From Camelus ferus (lineage: Eukaryota), in NCBI RefSeq assembly GCF_009834535.1, contig NC_045697.1, positions 79,300,001 through 79,364,000 on the forward strand: a DNA stretch of 64,000 bases, in the 5' to 3' direction. A model generated the notes under the pieces. That model was not told the DNA's origin and ran no database searches. It saw only the letters and a program-made list of their open reading frames with translations. This document shows, one piece after another, positions 1 through 13,980 of this stretch (position 1 is the stretch's first letter; each line of letters begins with the position of its first letter). A program made the translations under genes and the position numbers.

Positions 1-579
1 GGGCCACTTGGATTCCTTCCATCCTCCTCCAAGTCTACTTTTCCAAGGAACTCAAAGGGCCTTTGTCTGGCAGGTCACCCTCTCTCAGGCTTTTGTGCTC
101 CGAACTATTAAGAGTAGAAGGGGGAAAAATAGATGAGGCAATGTTCTTTGCTCAAATATATGGCGTGTTCATGCGGGATGCAGAATGGGGTGTTTGCAGC
201 ATCCGTTTACAGGTGCTCGGGAGGGATTCCTCCATTGGCAACAGCCAAAAGCAACTCACACGTGCATGCTGAGAAGGCTCCCTTTCAAGAACCAGCTTTC
301 CTTCACCAACTGCCAGAGAGCCTGCTCATTTTCCTTTTTTCCCCCTGCAGTTTCCAGTAACATCACTCCTTAGACTTGGCGAAGAGAAGAAAGAAATTTT
401 AAAAAATGAGAGATTTAACCATTTTCTGAGATAAGCCTTAGAGATGTTATATGCAGGGTCTATTACTTCCTTTTTACTCTATTGAAAATCCCACTGACAT
501 TTATTTTAGGATCCTGTCTTTGCTTGCTGTTATTTTGTCACAGTAGAGAATGGAAGCACGTGAACTGAGTTCGTTTGTT

Positions 580-790
580 CCGCATCATTTATTAAGCACT
601 CACAATGTGTCAGGCTCTGTGCTGAGCTTTTGACCTACCTACATTTCCTCTAATCCCTAAAACAGCACTGAAAATAGATATTATGCACATTTCACAGATG
701 AGGTAACTGAGACTCAGGGTGGTTAAGTGACTTGCTGTGGCAAGCAAATGGAGGAGCTTGGAAGCAATCCAGATACCTATGGTTTCACCT
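580..790. mobile_element. MIR SINE
   Basis: MIR core 'catttcacagatgaggtaactgagactcagggtggttaagtgacttg'. Confidence 0.75.
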
Positions 791-1905
791 CAGACATTGT
801 AATTTATCTTTATAAGTTTGATGTGGATCATTTTTTCATATCTCCTGTGTCCCTAATTCCACCTAATTTTTACTCTACCTTTTTGAACTTAGGAAATACA
901 GTTATAATAATTGTCATTTGGGTTTCAGTTTCTGTTGATTTCTTTTTCCTTTCAGTATGGGCTTCTTTCAAGCTTGGTAATTTTTGCCTGGGTATCAGAC
1001 ATTATAAATACTTATAAGTTGCCAGATAATTTGTGTGCATATAAATATTCTTGAACTTTGTTCTAGAACTCAGTCAGGTTAGGAAGTAGTTTGATCAACC
1101 TTGCTTCTAAACTTTCAAAGTCAGCCAAGAACTGTCTTTCCCACCACTGAAGCAATACCCTTCTGAATACTCTACCCGGTGCCCTATGATGACATGATTT
1201 CCTACTCTGACAGGTGGAAACACAAACTATATGAGGCCTAGAGATTGTTTCCTCTGCTTCATCCGGGTGGTTCTTTCCCCAGACTTGGGTGGTGTCTTTC
1301 CGTACATGAGCTGATGAGTAGTTTTCTGCTAAAGACTCGAGGGGGACCCTCTGCAGATCTCTGGATTTCTTGCTTTGTGCAGCTCTCTCCTTCTGGTTCT
1401 CCGCTCTGTTAACTCTGGTCACCTTGGCCTCCCCAGAATCCTGGAAGTTCCATCTCCTCAACTCAGGAAGGCCACCTCCCAGAGGGACCCACTGGACTTT
1501 TACTCAGTGTGAGAAATGTTCAGTTGGAGTAATCCCCATCTAATCATCAAATTATCATTTGGTCTCATGGCAGCAACTTTCACTAGGGAATTCCAAAACA
1601 CTGAAATTAGAGGCCATCTCCTAGAAAGTTTTCTTTCTCTTATTTTTAAATACACAGCAAGAATACTTTTTCAATTGGGATTTGTTTTTATTTTCCCTTG
1701 GTTTTTTTTTTTTCTTAGAATTTTCTCATCATAATAAAGGATATGTGTTCCTTAGAGCCACTATTTGGACTTAGTGAATGGTGAGTTCAGCCCTAGCTCC
1801 AAAGACCTGGATTCCTATGCCCAGATTAAGCCCTGCTCAGAATCACCTTGGTCAGACCACAGGAGGAAAGCAGAAGAAAAACTGACCCTCAAGAGACTTG
1901 AGTTC

Positions 1906-2576
1906 CTCAAGTGTTAGCTGAGGATGTGGAGAAACTGAAACTCTGTGCACTGTTGGTGGTATTGTAAAATGGTATGAACTCTATGGAAACAGTATGGAGG
2001 TTCTCAAAAAATTAAAAATTATAGCTACCATATAACCCAGCAATTCTGCTTCTGGGTATATATCCAAAGCAGGGTCTCCAAGAGATATTTGGACATCCAT
2101 GTTAATAGCAACACTATTCACAATAGCCAAGAGGTGGAAGCAACCCAAATGTCCAACAGATGAATGGGTAAACAAAAGTTGGTATATACATGCAATGGAA
2201 TATTATTCTTACTCAGAAGGGAGTTCTGACACATGGTACGATATGGATGAACTTTAAGGACTTTATCCTAGGTAAGCCAGTCACAAAGAGACAAAAACTG
2301 TATGATTCCACTTATATGAGGTACCTAGAATAGTCAAATTCATAGAAACAAAAAGTTAAATAGTAGTTACCAAAGGCTAGGGAGAGGGAGAGAGTGTTGT
2401 TTTAATGGGTATAGAGTTTAATATTTGCACAATTAAACAGTTCTAGAGATCTAAATCACAACATTGTGAATATACTTAACACTACTGAATTCTACATTTT
2501 AAAAAGGTTAAAATGGTAACTTTTATGTTCTGCAACTTTTACCACAATAGAAAAGAAAAAAAAAAAAAAAAAAGAT
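1906..2576 (+). mobile_element. 5'-truncated L1 (L1MA/MB-type 3' end) with poly(A) tail and 14-bp TSD
   Basis: Typical L1 3' sequence (gaggatgtggagaaactgaaac...; tatgattccacttatatgaggtacctag), A-tail, direct repeat agagacttgagttc at 1892-1905 and 2577-2590. Confidence 0.9.
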
Positions 2577-4309
2577 AGAGACTTGAGTTCTTGCCTGACC
2601 CTGACACTTTTGACTTTGTAACTTTGGAAAGTCACTTAACCTCTCAGCCTTGGTTTCCTTATCTTACTGAGATTTTATAGTTACTGTAAATTTAAATGAG
2701 ATAATCTGTGTGAACGTTTTTCATAAACTAGATGGTAATATGAAGATGGAAACCATTATTATCAGGGAGGAAAGGGTGGAGAGTCACCTCTGGAGAACAG
2801 CCTGCCTCTAGACCTTGTACCCCATGTCAGTACTACAGTTACCCTGAAACAGAGGTGGGGCACCTATGAAAATGGAGAGCAGAACTAAACATCAAGCATG
2901 CACCTCAAAGAGCGGACTGACTTTGGCTTGAGGAGTGCCTTCCTCAGGGTACTTAGTCATGAGCAGAGTGACAGGAATATGGCTGCTGTTTCCAAGTAAA
3001 AGTTTAAGGAAGCCTAGCAGTGGCAGAGGCTGCAAGTTCTGCAGATAGCAGCTGAGGCTGCAAACCAAAGAGTGATTTATGTGTATCTAGCACGGGGGGG
3101 ACTTCAGATCAGAGACTGTCCTTATTAAATGGAGTTGGGCATACACAAAATCATTGATTCCCTTTTCCGTCTTTAAATTTACATTTTATAAATGTCAAAT
3201 GACTGACTTGTTCTCATTTTAAAACTTGTGTTTTTCAGATTGATGGTTTATTTGACAAACCTCAATAGAAGTTTTGAGCATTTCAGTTTTAGTTGGTTCA
3301 GCTTTTTGGTTGGATGAAACAGAGGTTCACTCAAGCAAACTCATAAAATGGGATGTACATTATTACAAAGATACACATGGGATAATAAAGGAGATCCGTA
3401 ACTCTAAGAACGGCACTTGGGAAAGGTGGATTGGATTCAGCTGTGTTCTTGGACCTTCATAGGTTTTTTTTTTTTTACGCTGGTGTTGCCCATTAACGTA
3501 GCTTAGCTACACTCTACTCTGCTTCTTCTCATCCTGCAATAACTGGCAAATTCTTTCTGTGTTTCTTAGTTCATATTTATAAGTTCATTTTTCAAGTCAG
3601 ACCACAGGAGTCATGGGCCAGGTATCAATCAGGTGGGTAGTCTTAGCTTGGCCTTGAGCTGGTGGTGAGATGGGGAGAAGGAATCATGGTCCAGTAGCAA
3701 AATACATGGCTGCTTCAAAGGCAGGGTCTGTGAGCAGAGCAGTTTCCCGTGTGTCAGGCAGTGAAATGATGGGGGTCTTTGGGAGGGTCCAATAAATAAC
3801 ACCTCTCCTCCCCTCCTGGATTCTGAGCAAACTGGGAAATAAAACAAAAGAGTTAGGCAGACAAAAGATTAAATATTATATTTAATTCTGACAAAGGATA
3901 AATTAGAAAATATAGCTTGGTATTGGAGCATGAGGGTCTGCTAGATGAACCCTCGCATTATGTAGACTTCCTCATTCAGTCACAGAAATTACTGGGCATG
4001 TTACTTAACCTGTGTGAGTCTTGGGTTTTCCATCTGTAAAATGAACATAATCATAGAATCTGCCTTTTAATCTTGATAATCCAGACTCAAGATGTTGAAG
4101 ATCTGGGATATTTTTATCTCTATGAAGACTGCAAATTTGGGAGGTTGCTTGCAATCCTAGGCAAGGTTATAAATAAAAAGAAATAGGATTCTAGAAGTCA
4201 GAATGGGAGGAGTTTGCAAGAATTTCCGATAGGGAAATGCCTAATACACAAAGAGGAGATATTTGCTCTTGAGGTTTTGGAAGTAATATGTTCTTAGAGT
4301 CAAAATCTG

Positions 4310-4420
4310 TCAAGGACATATTACACAACATAGAGAATATAGCCAATATTTTGTAATAACTGTGAATGGAAAGTAACTTTTCAAAAATTGTATAAAAAAT
4401 AAAAAAGTAAATAAAAAATC
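4310..4420 (+). mobile_element. Short L1 3' tail fragment (artiodactyl-type)
   Basis: 'acaacatagagaatatagccaatattttgtaataact...' plus A-rich tail; reverse complement of the element at ~49020-49280. Confidence 0.6.
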
Positions 4421-5040
4421 TTTTAAGTATTGGTTTTGACCCTAAAAATAAATAGAATCTGCCTCTTGGCATTGTTGTGAGGACTGAATGAATGATACAT
4501 ATAAAGCTCAGCACTGTGCCTGGCACCTAGTTTTGCCCAGTAAGTATTCGTACTTATGTGATGAAGAAAGCAGCGCTTGTATGGTAAGATTGTGGTGGGA
4601 AAATGAGCGATGCTTCATATGTGGGCTAACATGCCTAGAAAACACTCTGCTTGATTTAGTTTAACAAATGTAGAAAGTACTACCAGTTAATAAACTCATT
4701 TATGCTATCAGTGCATGACTTTGAATGTCTTTAGTGTAACACCTTAAGAGACCAAAAGATGATGTTTTTTCCCATCAAAGTTTGCCTCATTTATCTTACT
4801 TTTCTTTATATTATACTTTCATTTCTTGTCTGTTTCTTTCTTTTCTTATTTTATTCATTAAATATGATCATATAAATCAAATCTAAAATATTAACTAAAA
4901 TTGTGTGTTTCTTCTTAATTAAAATGTAGGCAATAAATGAAGTAGTGTTACAAATTGGTATGAAAAGCTCTTCTAGATGTTATGATGACTGAAAGAACCA
5001 AGTAGCAGAACGATATGTCTAGTGTAGTATTATTATTAAG

Positions 5041-5124
5041 GAGAGAGAGAAGGAGAGAAAGAGAGAAGGAGAGGAGAGAAAAAGAGAAAGAGAGAAAGAG
5101 AGAAAGAGAGAAAGAGAGAAAGAG

Positions 5125-5203
<79 letters not shown>

Positions 5204-5265
5204 AAAAAGAAAGAAAGAAAAGAAGAAAAAAGAAAGAAAAAGGGAGAAAAGGAGAAAGGAGAAGG
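5041..5265. repeat. Compound polypurine microsatellite (GA)n/(GAGAAAGA)n/(GAAA)n
   Basis: Direct reading; source of the low-complexity ORFs at 4948-5380. Confidence 0.97.
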
Positions 5266-5725
5266 CAAGACAAGGAATCAATGTGTAAGTATACATAAAA
5301 GGGTAGAATTCTGGAAGGATCTCTGGAAACCATTATCAGGAAGAATGAGAATGAAATTAGTGGAAGGAGGGGAAAAATAAAGTAAGTAGTTGGGAAACAA
5401 AGGGGCATTTTAAATTTTTGCTTGGTTTTGTTTGAATTTTTTAATAACAGGAAATATGCATTTATCACTGGTATGATTTTAGAAATGTAATGGGGGAAAT
5501 GTAATGAAAGAAATATTATTTTATTCCACAAATGAATTGGACTTTTTATTATTATTATTATTACTGTCTTTTGGTTTAGCCTGATGTTTCTTCTAGCTCT
5601 AGGTTTGTTGTTGTACTTGTTTTGATAAAAAATACCTAGAAGACTAGCTTGGTCCCAAGACTGCCTTCTTTCCTGCCAAGTGCTCTTTCTGTGTGGCTCA
5701 TGGTGTCCCATGGATGTTCCCTCAG

Positions 5726-5924
5726 GCGTCCCTGAAAGCCTCCATCCTCGCCCGGGACTGTGCCACCGCCGCTGCCATCGTGTTCCTGAGTGACCGGTTC
5801 CTGTACGGGCTGGACGTGTCGGGCCACCTCCTGCAGGTGGCCAAAGGGCTGCACAGGCTGCAGCCAGCCACGCCGATTGCCCCGCAGGTGGTTATTCGCC
5901 AAGCTCGAATCTCCATGCACTCAG
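5726..5924 (+). CDS. ALPK1: ALPK1 coding exon (human exon 5 equivalent), N-terminal ADP-heptose-binding domain, ~aa 93-159
   Basis: ctcag|GCG acceptor and TCAG|gtaggc donor; 199 nt; translates [66 protein letters not shown], matching ALPK1. Confidence 0.97.
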
Positions 5925-7929
5925 GTAGGCTCGCCCGGGATCGTGCCGTCTGGGCTCGCCTTCCCTCCGGGCTCCTTGACTTCCGTGAGGGGCGACGGGC
6001 ACAGGGGCCCGTGGGCCATCTTTTGCAGCCGCCGCCGTGCCCTTCCACCCACCTCCTGCCAGCACAAAGGCCCTGGCATAAAGGGTTTCAGAGCCAAAAG
6101 CAATAGAGAAAATTGTGAAAGGGGGTGGAAAATACTAATTGGAGCTTTTGTCGTCTAACAAATCTGTCCTGCTGCTTTCAAACAGGGATATCTGAATTGC
6201 TATACTTCTGACCAAGAGCCTTTAAAAAGCAGATTAGAATTCTACTATTTTCTTTTAGCTCTCCTGTCTCCTTTCTGTAGGGCCACTTGACTACGCCAAC
6301 AATAGAGCTGACAAACCCACTGAAGTAATTTGAGGGTTTTTTCCATCCCTAGGAACACCGGTGCAGTACCTGATTAGGCCTTAAAGTATCTTTTTTTTTC
6401 CTTCTGTCACTTTGAATGAAATGAAAAATGAGGCCAACATACTAGCTTAGACTGTAATGTACAGGGGGGTTGGAGGGTAGAGGGGCCTGCTACGTGTTAC
6501 TGAGTTCATTTCCACAGAATTCTGGAATTATTTAAATTATTGATAACCACTGGGTTTCGAAACCTGTAGTTTGCTGTCCTCGCTTCCAAGGGTGAAAGAA
6601 TAAAGGATGTAAATAGAAGGCAGAAACAGAATTGGCTCATTTTTTAAATTAGGTTTAGCTATTGCTATTGTTTTAATAACTCTGGTCTGAAAGAGGTTAA
6701 AGTATCTTTTAACTACTTCATTTCCTTTGAGAATGAACTGTACTAACTATACTAAATGGGACAGTTACTGAATACAGAGAGAGACAGAGATAGAAGTACA
6801 TGAGAGAAATGGGCTTGTGTAGGGTAACTGTTTAAAAGCCCAGGTTCATTCACTTTCAGGTTCTCGCAGCTGTGCATAAATTGTGCCCGTGTCTTTTTAT
6901 TTACTTTTCTAGAGTAACTGCATCAATAGACTTGAACTTAGAGAAAAATTCCTACTTCAGATGTCCATAATTTGGGACCCTTTATGACGTTCAGGGTTTG
7001 TACTGTTTAGGATATGAGAGAAAGCTAGCCACAGATATTCCTTCTGATGGAATCAGATGGCAGTGATACATGAGCAGAGCATCTGTGGAAGGAACCCAGT
7101 GAGGAGGGCTGGGCGTGCGCAGGCAGAGTTCTGATGTTGGTTCTCATCAAGTAGAACTTGGAACAGAGTTATTGAAGCATGTTTTATGATATACAGATTT
7201 GCTCTGGTGACATGGGAATTGAGGACAAGCAGGAAGCAGACATGTTGATAGCTTTGCTTTATATAGCCAAGTAATCTTTTACTTATTTGCTTGGTTGGCT
7301 CTCTCATTCATGCCTGTAACCAAGGTGATATAGAGATTTTCTTCTGCTGACAAGTAAGCCTTGGTACCGTCATGAGCAGTACGCTCCTCTGCCCACACAG
7401 CACAAGTCTAAGATAAAAGTCCTGGTCTTATTCTTCAATACTTGGGGTTGTCTTTTCCTCAAAGACACTGGCAGAAATGCCACAAGGAAACAAACACAGC
7501 CTCAGAGTGAGGTTCTTACTTGTTAACTTCTGCCCTCAAACATTGCTTGAGCCTCTACCTACACTGGGTTTCTCAGAGAGAAAGGGGAGCTTAGAGCAAG
7601 GGTGGTATCCTGGGAAGAGAAGAAGGTACAGTGCAAAGGGGTCTCAGTCCCCAGTGTGTGGGAATCCTGGGCTGGAGAAATGAGAGGTGTGTATGATATG
7701 ACAAGGGGGTAAGGATAAAGAGTAAAGATGATATGAGGGGATGGCACAGTCTTTCTGTTCTCCCCTTTGACCCAGCCCTTCCTGGTATCCAACCAAAACC
7801 CATCCCAAAGGTCCAAACATTCAACATTGTGGGATTTCAGAAGCAAGAGAGGATACCCTGGGCCTGCCCAGGTAACTTTTGCCTGAAATGAGGAGACAAA
7901 ACCTTTTAGGACAGTTAGATACAAAGATT

Positions 7930-9950
7930 CAGACTTCTAGTTCCATCATCATGGAGGACTGAGCAGATGCACAATCTTCTCCCATTGTATACATATGATA
8001 AATTTTTTTAAAAAATGTTAAGTGCCTGAAACACAGAAGATGTTCAAAGTCAGAACAGGAGACTACTGCTCTGGACACTAGAGCCAGAAGGGTTTACACT
8101 TGAATATAGTCTTAGGGGAAGGGACTGCTGTCTTAATTCCTGGGCAAGAACAAGAGGCAGGGCCGTGGGCCTACTTGGAGTGTAATATCTGCATAAAGCT
8201 GGCGTTCTTAAAGGTTTGCACAGCTATGAAATGGGACTGAACCAACCCACCCAGAGAGGAGGTGAGGAGGCTTGCTCTCTGCCCAAGCTCTAGAGCAGAG
8301 GCAAAAAAAAAAAAAAGAAAAAGAAATCCCCAAAGATACACAAACCCCAAGTCTGTGCCAGATGTGTATGTGGAGTCTGAATTTGCCCCTGAGAGAGAAT
8401 CCCCCACCAAATAATTAAGAAAAGGCTAGTTCAGGAATGAAATTCCAGGGCCTAGCAGAAGATCAAGTACAAAATGATGTGCTAGAGAAACATCCACACT
8501 CCAGAAGCACAGGAATCTCACAGGAGAATGATCTTCACTGAAGATGCCCTTAGATTAAAATGTACAAGCAATGAAAGGAAATGAAACTTGTGAGAGAAGA
8601 ACAGAATCTACAACAAACAAGGAAAATGGCTCCAAAACAGAAATGGATATATAAACTCGAACAACCTGAACAACTTGTGGTTTTAAAAATACTATGTTTA
8701 AAGAGTAGAACACAACAGAAAAAGAACTAAATAGAACTTTCAGAAATTAAAAAATACAGCAATTGAAATTAAAAATCAATATTGTTGTTCTATATGAGAT
8801 GATGGAAGTTCACTAAACTTATTGTGGTAATCATGTTGTGATGTATGTAAGTCGAATCATTACACTGTACACCTTAAACTTACACACTGCTGTGTGTCAA
8901 TTCTATCTCAATAAAACTGGAGGGGGAAAAAAGCAACTGAGGTCCAAACAAAAAATTTTTAGTTTTATTTTTAATTAAAACAATTACTTAGTTTAAAAAA
9001 ATCAAGGTAGTTGTCTTAAAGTTATGGAGAATTGCCCACAAAGTAGGCAAGGCATCCAGTTCCTCTGTCTGCAGATACAGGATACAAGCATGTAATCAAA
9101 TGATGATGGCTTCAGAGAGCCCAAAACCCAGCAGTTCTTCCAGGGCAGGGCAGACTGGAATTGGAGAAAAACACAAGTCTTTGCGTTGAAGAAGTAGACA
9201 GGGAAAAAAAAAATTTTAGTCATCTAGACACAGTATGGTGAAACTACCAAGAAATTAAGCAATGAGAAAATCTTGAAAGAAAAAGAGAGAAAAGACAGAA
9301 TGGGAACTATATTAAGACTGACAAAAGGCATCTTTTCAGAAACAACAGAGTTTAAAAAACAGTGGAATCTATCAAAAACTTGAGAGAAAATAGCTTTCAA
9401 CCTAGAATTTCATACCCAGCAAAAAATCATCAAAATTAAGGATAAAATAGCCATTTCAGGCAAAGACTAAAAATGTTTCTTACTCTCAAGACACCTCTTT
9501 CTCTTGCTTACACACGCAGAATACTCACAAACACAGACACACGCATAAACACACACTAAAGGATGTATTTTGCTAAGGAGGAAGTTGAACCTGTAAAGAT
9601 TGAGTGGGAGGATTCAAAAAGCAATGGTGAACAAAGAATTTAATAAATGCACAGTTAATCTAAATAAGATCAAAAGAAAATTATATGGAAATAACACATA
9701 ATTTATAAGATGCAAATATCTTTAAATATTATTAACCTGACCAGCATTGTAACAAATTAATAATAATACATTACATCAAGGAAGGTTTATTCCAGATAGA
9801 TGAGGATGGTTAAATATTTTTAAATCAATTCATTCAACTTACCTCATGGACAAAATAAATAAGAAAAACTATGTGTTCACCTAAATTGATTTGAGAACTA
9901 TTTTAGAAAATTTTTTACCCATTTAGGTTAAAAATGCAAACTGGAGTTAA
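7930..9950 (+). mobile_element. Cluster of old degraded L1 fragments
   Basis: A-rich, L1 motifs (ttcaacctagaatttcatacccagcaaaa; gaaggatggttaaatatt...; L1 3' end at ~8790-8930). Confidence 0.6.
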
Positions 9951-11355
9951 AGATGTTATCAGTCAGGTTCCAATCAGGAGGCAGAAACTTCATGGTAATT
10001 TGAACAAGGAAAGTTTAACGTAAAGAATTATTGACTGTATAAGGGGATTAGAGTCATGAGGGATTGGCTAGTAAGAAGTAAAGAGACTTCTAAAGAAAAA
10101 CTCTGACGAATTCAGGTGTTAGTTATGAGGAGCAGCCACTATCCCTTAGACTGAGCTAGGACTCCTAAGAAAGAGCTCCCCAATCCCAAACCCCAGCTCA
10201 CCAAGACTGAGATCCAGACCTGTCACAGGTGGTGCAGCTGGGCTCACTGGGTGGCAGAGAAGTCGAGGAGATTCTGTGCCACCAGAACTCACTGGGAAGA
10301 CCACCCTCTTGTGCGTTGGGGGAAGCTATTCCCTGAAGGGTGCCTTGGAACTCACCACAAAGCTGCCTGTATGGACTGCCAGGGGGAACAGTCATGGGGA
10401 GATGCCTCACTGGCAGCACTGCACTGTGAATCATCGAGGATGCTAAAGGAAGCTGCTGACCACTGGGTGCTGCTCACCTCTGCCCAGTGAGGAGCCCAGT
10501 GGACAAGCCACCTCTGTTTCAGTTGTCGGGTACAGGAGAAGCCAGGAGCGCACAGCAGGCAGCATTGGAGAAGCTGTGTGTCCTGCGGAAGCTTGGCAAG
10601 AGGAGCACACCAAATCAGAGAGAGAAGCAGCTTCCCCAGGCAGTATCCCTCTAACCCTTTACTTTATAGCCTTTAAATACATTAAATTAGACAAAAACCA
10701 TGCCTGCAATTATCTGTGAGCTCTGCTTGGGGCTGCTAATCAAGGTGCTATGAAGTGGTACACTTAAGATTCTTAGAAGCTCTCATGCATGGTCGAGAGG
10801 GTCTGAGGTCTTCACAAGGGGTTTTACAGACACACCTTTGATTTGATCTTGGCCACCTTTTACTGCCAGTGCTCTGGATTTGATCTTTACCCCCAGGTTT
10901 TAATTTATTTTGAGAATGTCTTGTTGGCTGGGAAGGCTATTCTGAGCCTTCTATATTTCTTCTAAACCCTGCATGAAAACAAAATAGTTCCTTCTTTAGT
11001 TTGTTTCTTTCTTCCCACACTATATCCTAGGCAGCTAAGAGATGTCCATTTGGTACTTTCGGCCTTCTTACTGGGTATCTCCCTTGCTAGATACACGAAC
11101 TCATTAGTTATACTTTTTATTTTCCACTTTGCTGCTGAAGACTATGCTGCCACCAGTGGTGGATGGTAGTTTCCACCACTATATAATGTGTGTTCCTTTT
11201 TCTCGAACTTTTCAGCAAACAGTTTTCCTCACTGCGTTTTCAGTCTCCTCAGCATCTTTCAAGCCTCTTCCTGACACTGGGTTCCTAAGCCAATGCTGTA
11301 CGTTCTAAGTTTTTGTGACATTCGCATCCCACTGTCAGGTGCCCAGTTTCTGTCG

Positions 11356-12277
11356 TGTATTTTGATGTTGCAAAAGCCAACCCACAACTTACTGGCTTAA
11401 AACACTAATAATTTATTATATCCCCTATTTTTGTAGTTTGACTGGGTGCAAGTAGTGCTGACTGGGAAGCTGTGACAGCTAGAAGGTCCAAAATGGTCTC
11501 ATTCACACAGCGAGCATTCGATACTGGCTTCCAGCCAGGAGCTCAGCAGGGGCTGTCGGGCAAGGGCTCCGTTCTCCTCTGCATGGTCCTCTCCATGCAG
11601 CAACTGCAGCTTCCTCACAGCATTGGGGGTAGGTTCTGAGAGGGAAAAGCAGAAGTTACAGATCTCTTAATGCCCAGACTAGAAAGGTGCACAGGGTCAC
11701 ATCTGCCACATTCCATCGGTCACAACGGTCACAAGGCCAGTTTAGACTCAAGGAGAAGGAAAATAAACTCTATATTCCACTTTTTTTTTTTATTATTGAA
11801 GTATAGTTGATTTACAATGTTGTGTTAGTTTCTGGTGTACAGCATAGTGATTCAGTTACATATGTATGTATGTGTGTGTGTGTGTATATTCTTTTTCATT
11901 ATAGGTTATTACAACCTATTGAATATAGTTCCCTGTGCTATACAGTGCAACCTTGTTGTTAAATAGTGCCATTTGCAGCAACGTGGATGGAGCTAGAGAT
12001 TATCATACTAAGTGAAGTCAGAGAAAGACAACTCTCATATGATATCACTTATATGTGAAATCTTAAAAAAAAAGACACAAATGAACTTATTTATGAAACA
12101 AACAGACTCATAGACATAGAAAAGTAACTGATGTTACCAGCGGGGAAGGAAGAGGGAGGGATAAATTAGGAGTTTAGTTGCCACTTCTTGACGGAGGAGT
12201 GGCATGGCTACATTGCAAAAGAGCATTTGGAACGGAAGACACTGTCGTGACTTCCTTTGGAAGCACAGTCACCACAG
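11356..12277 (-). mobile_element. MLT1-type MaLR LTR interrupted by an L1 insertion
   Basis: MLT1-like 'aacttactggcttaaaacactaataatttattata', 'cacatctgccacattccatcggtcaca'; resumes at ~12181 'ccacttcttgacggaggagtggc'. Confidence 0.65.
11781..12175 (-). mobile_element. Young L1 3' fragment with internal inversion (twin priming)
   Basis: Poly-T plus antisense L1 3' end (11781-~11960) joined to a sense-oriented upstream L1 segment (~11961-12175). Confidence 0.75.
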
Positions 12278-13098
12278 TCAGGTGTATGTCATGTGTGCAC
12301 TTTGAAATAGGGTGGTCAGGGAAGGCCTTATGGGACAGTGAAGTAACATTTGAACAAAGACCTGAAGGAGAAGGGAGCAAGCCTTGTGGATACCTGGGAT
12401 AAACGTATCCCACACTAAAATAATTGTAAGTTCAGAGATGAGCCCAGTAGGTTCAAGGGATAGCCAGGAGGCCACTGAAACCAGAGCAGAAGGAGTGAAA
12501 GGGAGGGAAAGAATGCTAGAGATGAGGTCAAAGGAGTCTCAGGGGCCAGGTCATACAGGGCTTAGAGACACCCAGAAGAAGAAGTAGATGAAAGGATGAG
12601 TGATTGAATTTTCTGCTTATGGGAAAATAGCTGTCCAGAGATTAGGCTGCTTCCATGTGGTGAAATAAGTGAAATGTTTAGGAAGAAAACCTCTCTACCC
12701 CCCCCCCTCAAAAAAACAACTTTTCCTGATAATTCCATACATAGTCTTCACAGGCAGCTCTACTCCACCTCTCCAGGTGTGGCTTTCACAGAGGGCAGAC
12801 AGCCTTTGACAGAGGTTCATTTTAACTTCTTAAGCCTCTCTCTCTATGAATGAATTGTTCATTCATATGAATGCATGTGTATAATTGCAATTTCAGGTGC
12901 TGTACAACTTCCCACCTTACCAATTCCTGAAAATGTCATCTGTCTTTCCACTTTGTATATGATGTGGTCATTGATTTTAAATTTTAAAATAGAAGGTTTC
13001 CAAGAGAGGTTATGGCCCCTGTTATAATGTGTTAACCTTAGAGCATTTAAAGAATATGTTCGGAACTAATTGTGCGGCATTTGGTTGCTTCTTTTCAG

Positions 13099-13158
13099 GG
13101 AAACTTTTAAAAGCAGAGTATATCCTGAGCAGTCTGATAAGCAACAATGGAGCGACAG
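13099..13158 (+). CDS. ALPK1: ALPK1 coding exon (exon 6 equivalent)
   Basis: cttttcag|GG ... ACAG|gtaagg; 60 nt; (G)KLLKAEYILSSLISNNGAT; phase 1-1; not in the ORF track. Confidence 0.96.
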
Positions 13159-13980
13159 GTAAGGTGCTTCCTTGTCTTTACAATGACCTTCACCCTTAGG
13201 CCCCTACCAGAGTTCTCATTTAAAAACGGCTTGATGACCTGATAGTTACTGTACGCTGGGCATTCCCAGAACCACCTGGCCCTGGCTTTGCCACTGATAA
13301 ATGAAGTGGCTTTGGTCAAGCAGCTTACTTCTCTGTTTCCATTTTCTCTATTTAAAAACAAAAACAAAACAATCCAACCAAGTCTTCTAAATTTTCCGTG
13401 CTTTACTGGAGAGTGTGTTACCTAATCAGCGTTAGCTGTGAAAGTAGGAAACTCTCTGGGCCTCAGAAAGAGCTCAGCCTCAGCTTTTAAAAGAATTGTG
13501 AATAGAAATTAAGCCTGTAAGTTCAGAAGAACACACTTACTGCTTTCTGAATTTAAATGGTTTGGGGAATACATTTTATTTTGCTACAGAAAAACTTTAA
13601 TAAAAACTTATTTTAAAACAGATTTCTTTCGATATTGAATCATGCATGAAAGGAAGTCCTAAGAGTTGGGTAACAAATAGTTTAAGCCTTCAGATATCTT
13701 GCCTGAATTTCTAAGCACTTAAGTCAACAAGTTTCCCGATAAGTTGAACACAGTTCCCAGTAGACTTTTAAGTGCAGTATGCTTGGATATAAGGTCCCAA
13801 GCTCCTGGAAATTTGTAGACATTTCCGGTGGGGAGGCAGTTTGGAATATGGATATTGACCACACACCTCTCATCTGTGGCCACCATCACTAACCTACAGT
13901 ATGCACACTTCCCAGCTTCTACACCCTATACACACACACACACACAGATTAAAAGTTAGGGAGAAAAAAGGAAGATGATA

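Noticed and set aside
4948..5711. Overlapping ORFs of 86-230 aa (ERKK / FLSF repeats)
   Set aside because: Translations of the (GAAA)n microsatellite; no coding evidence.
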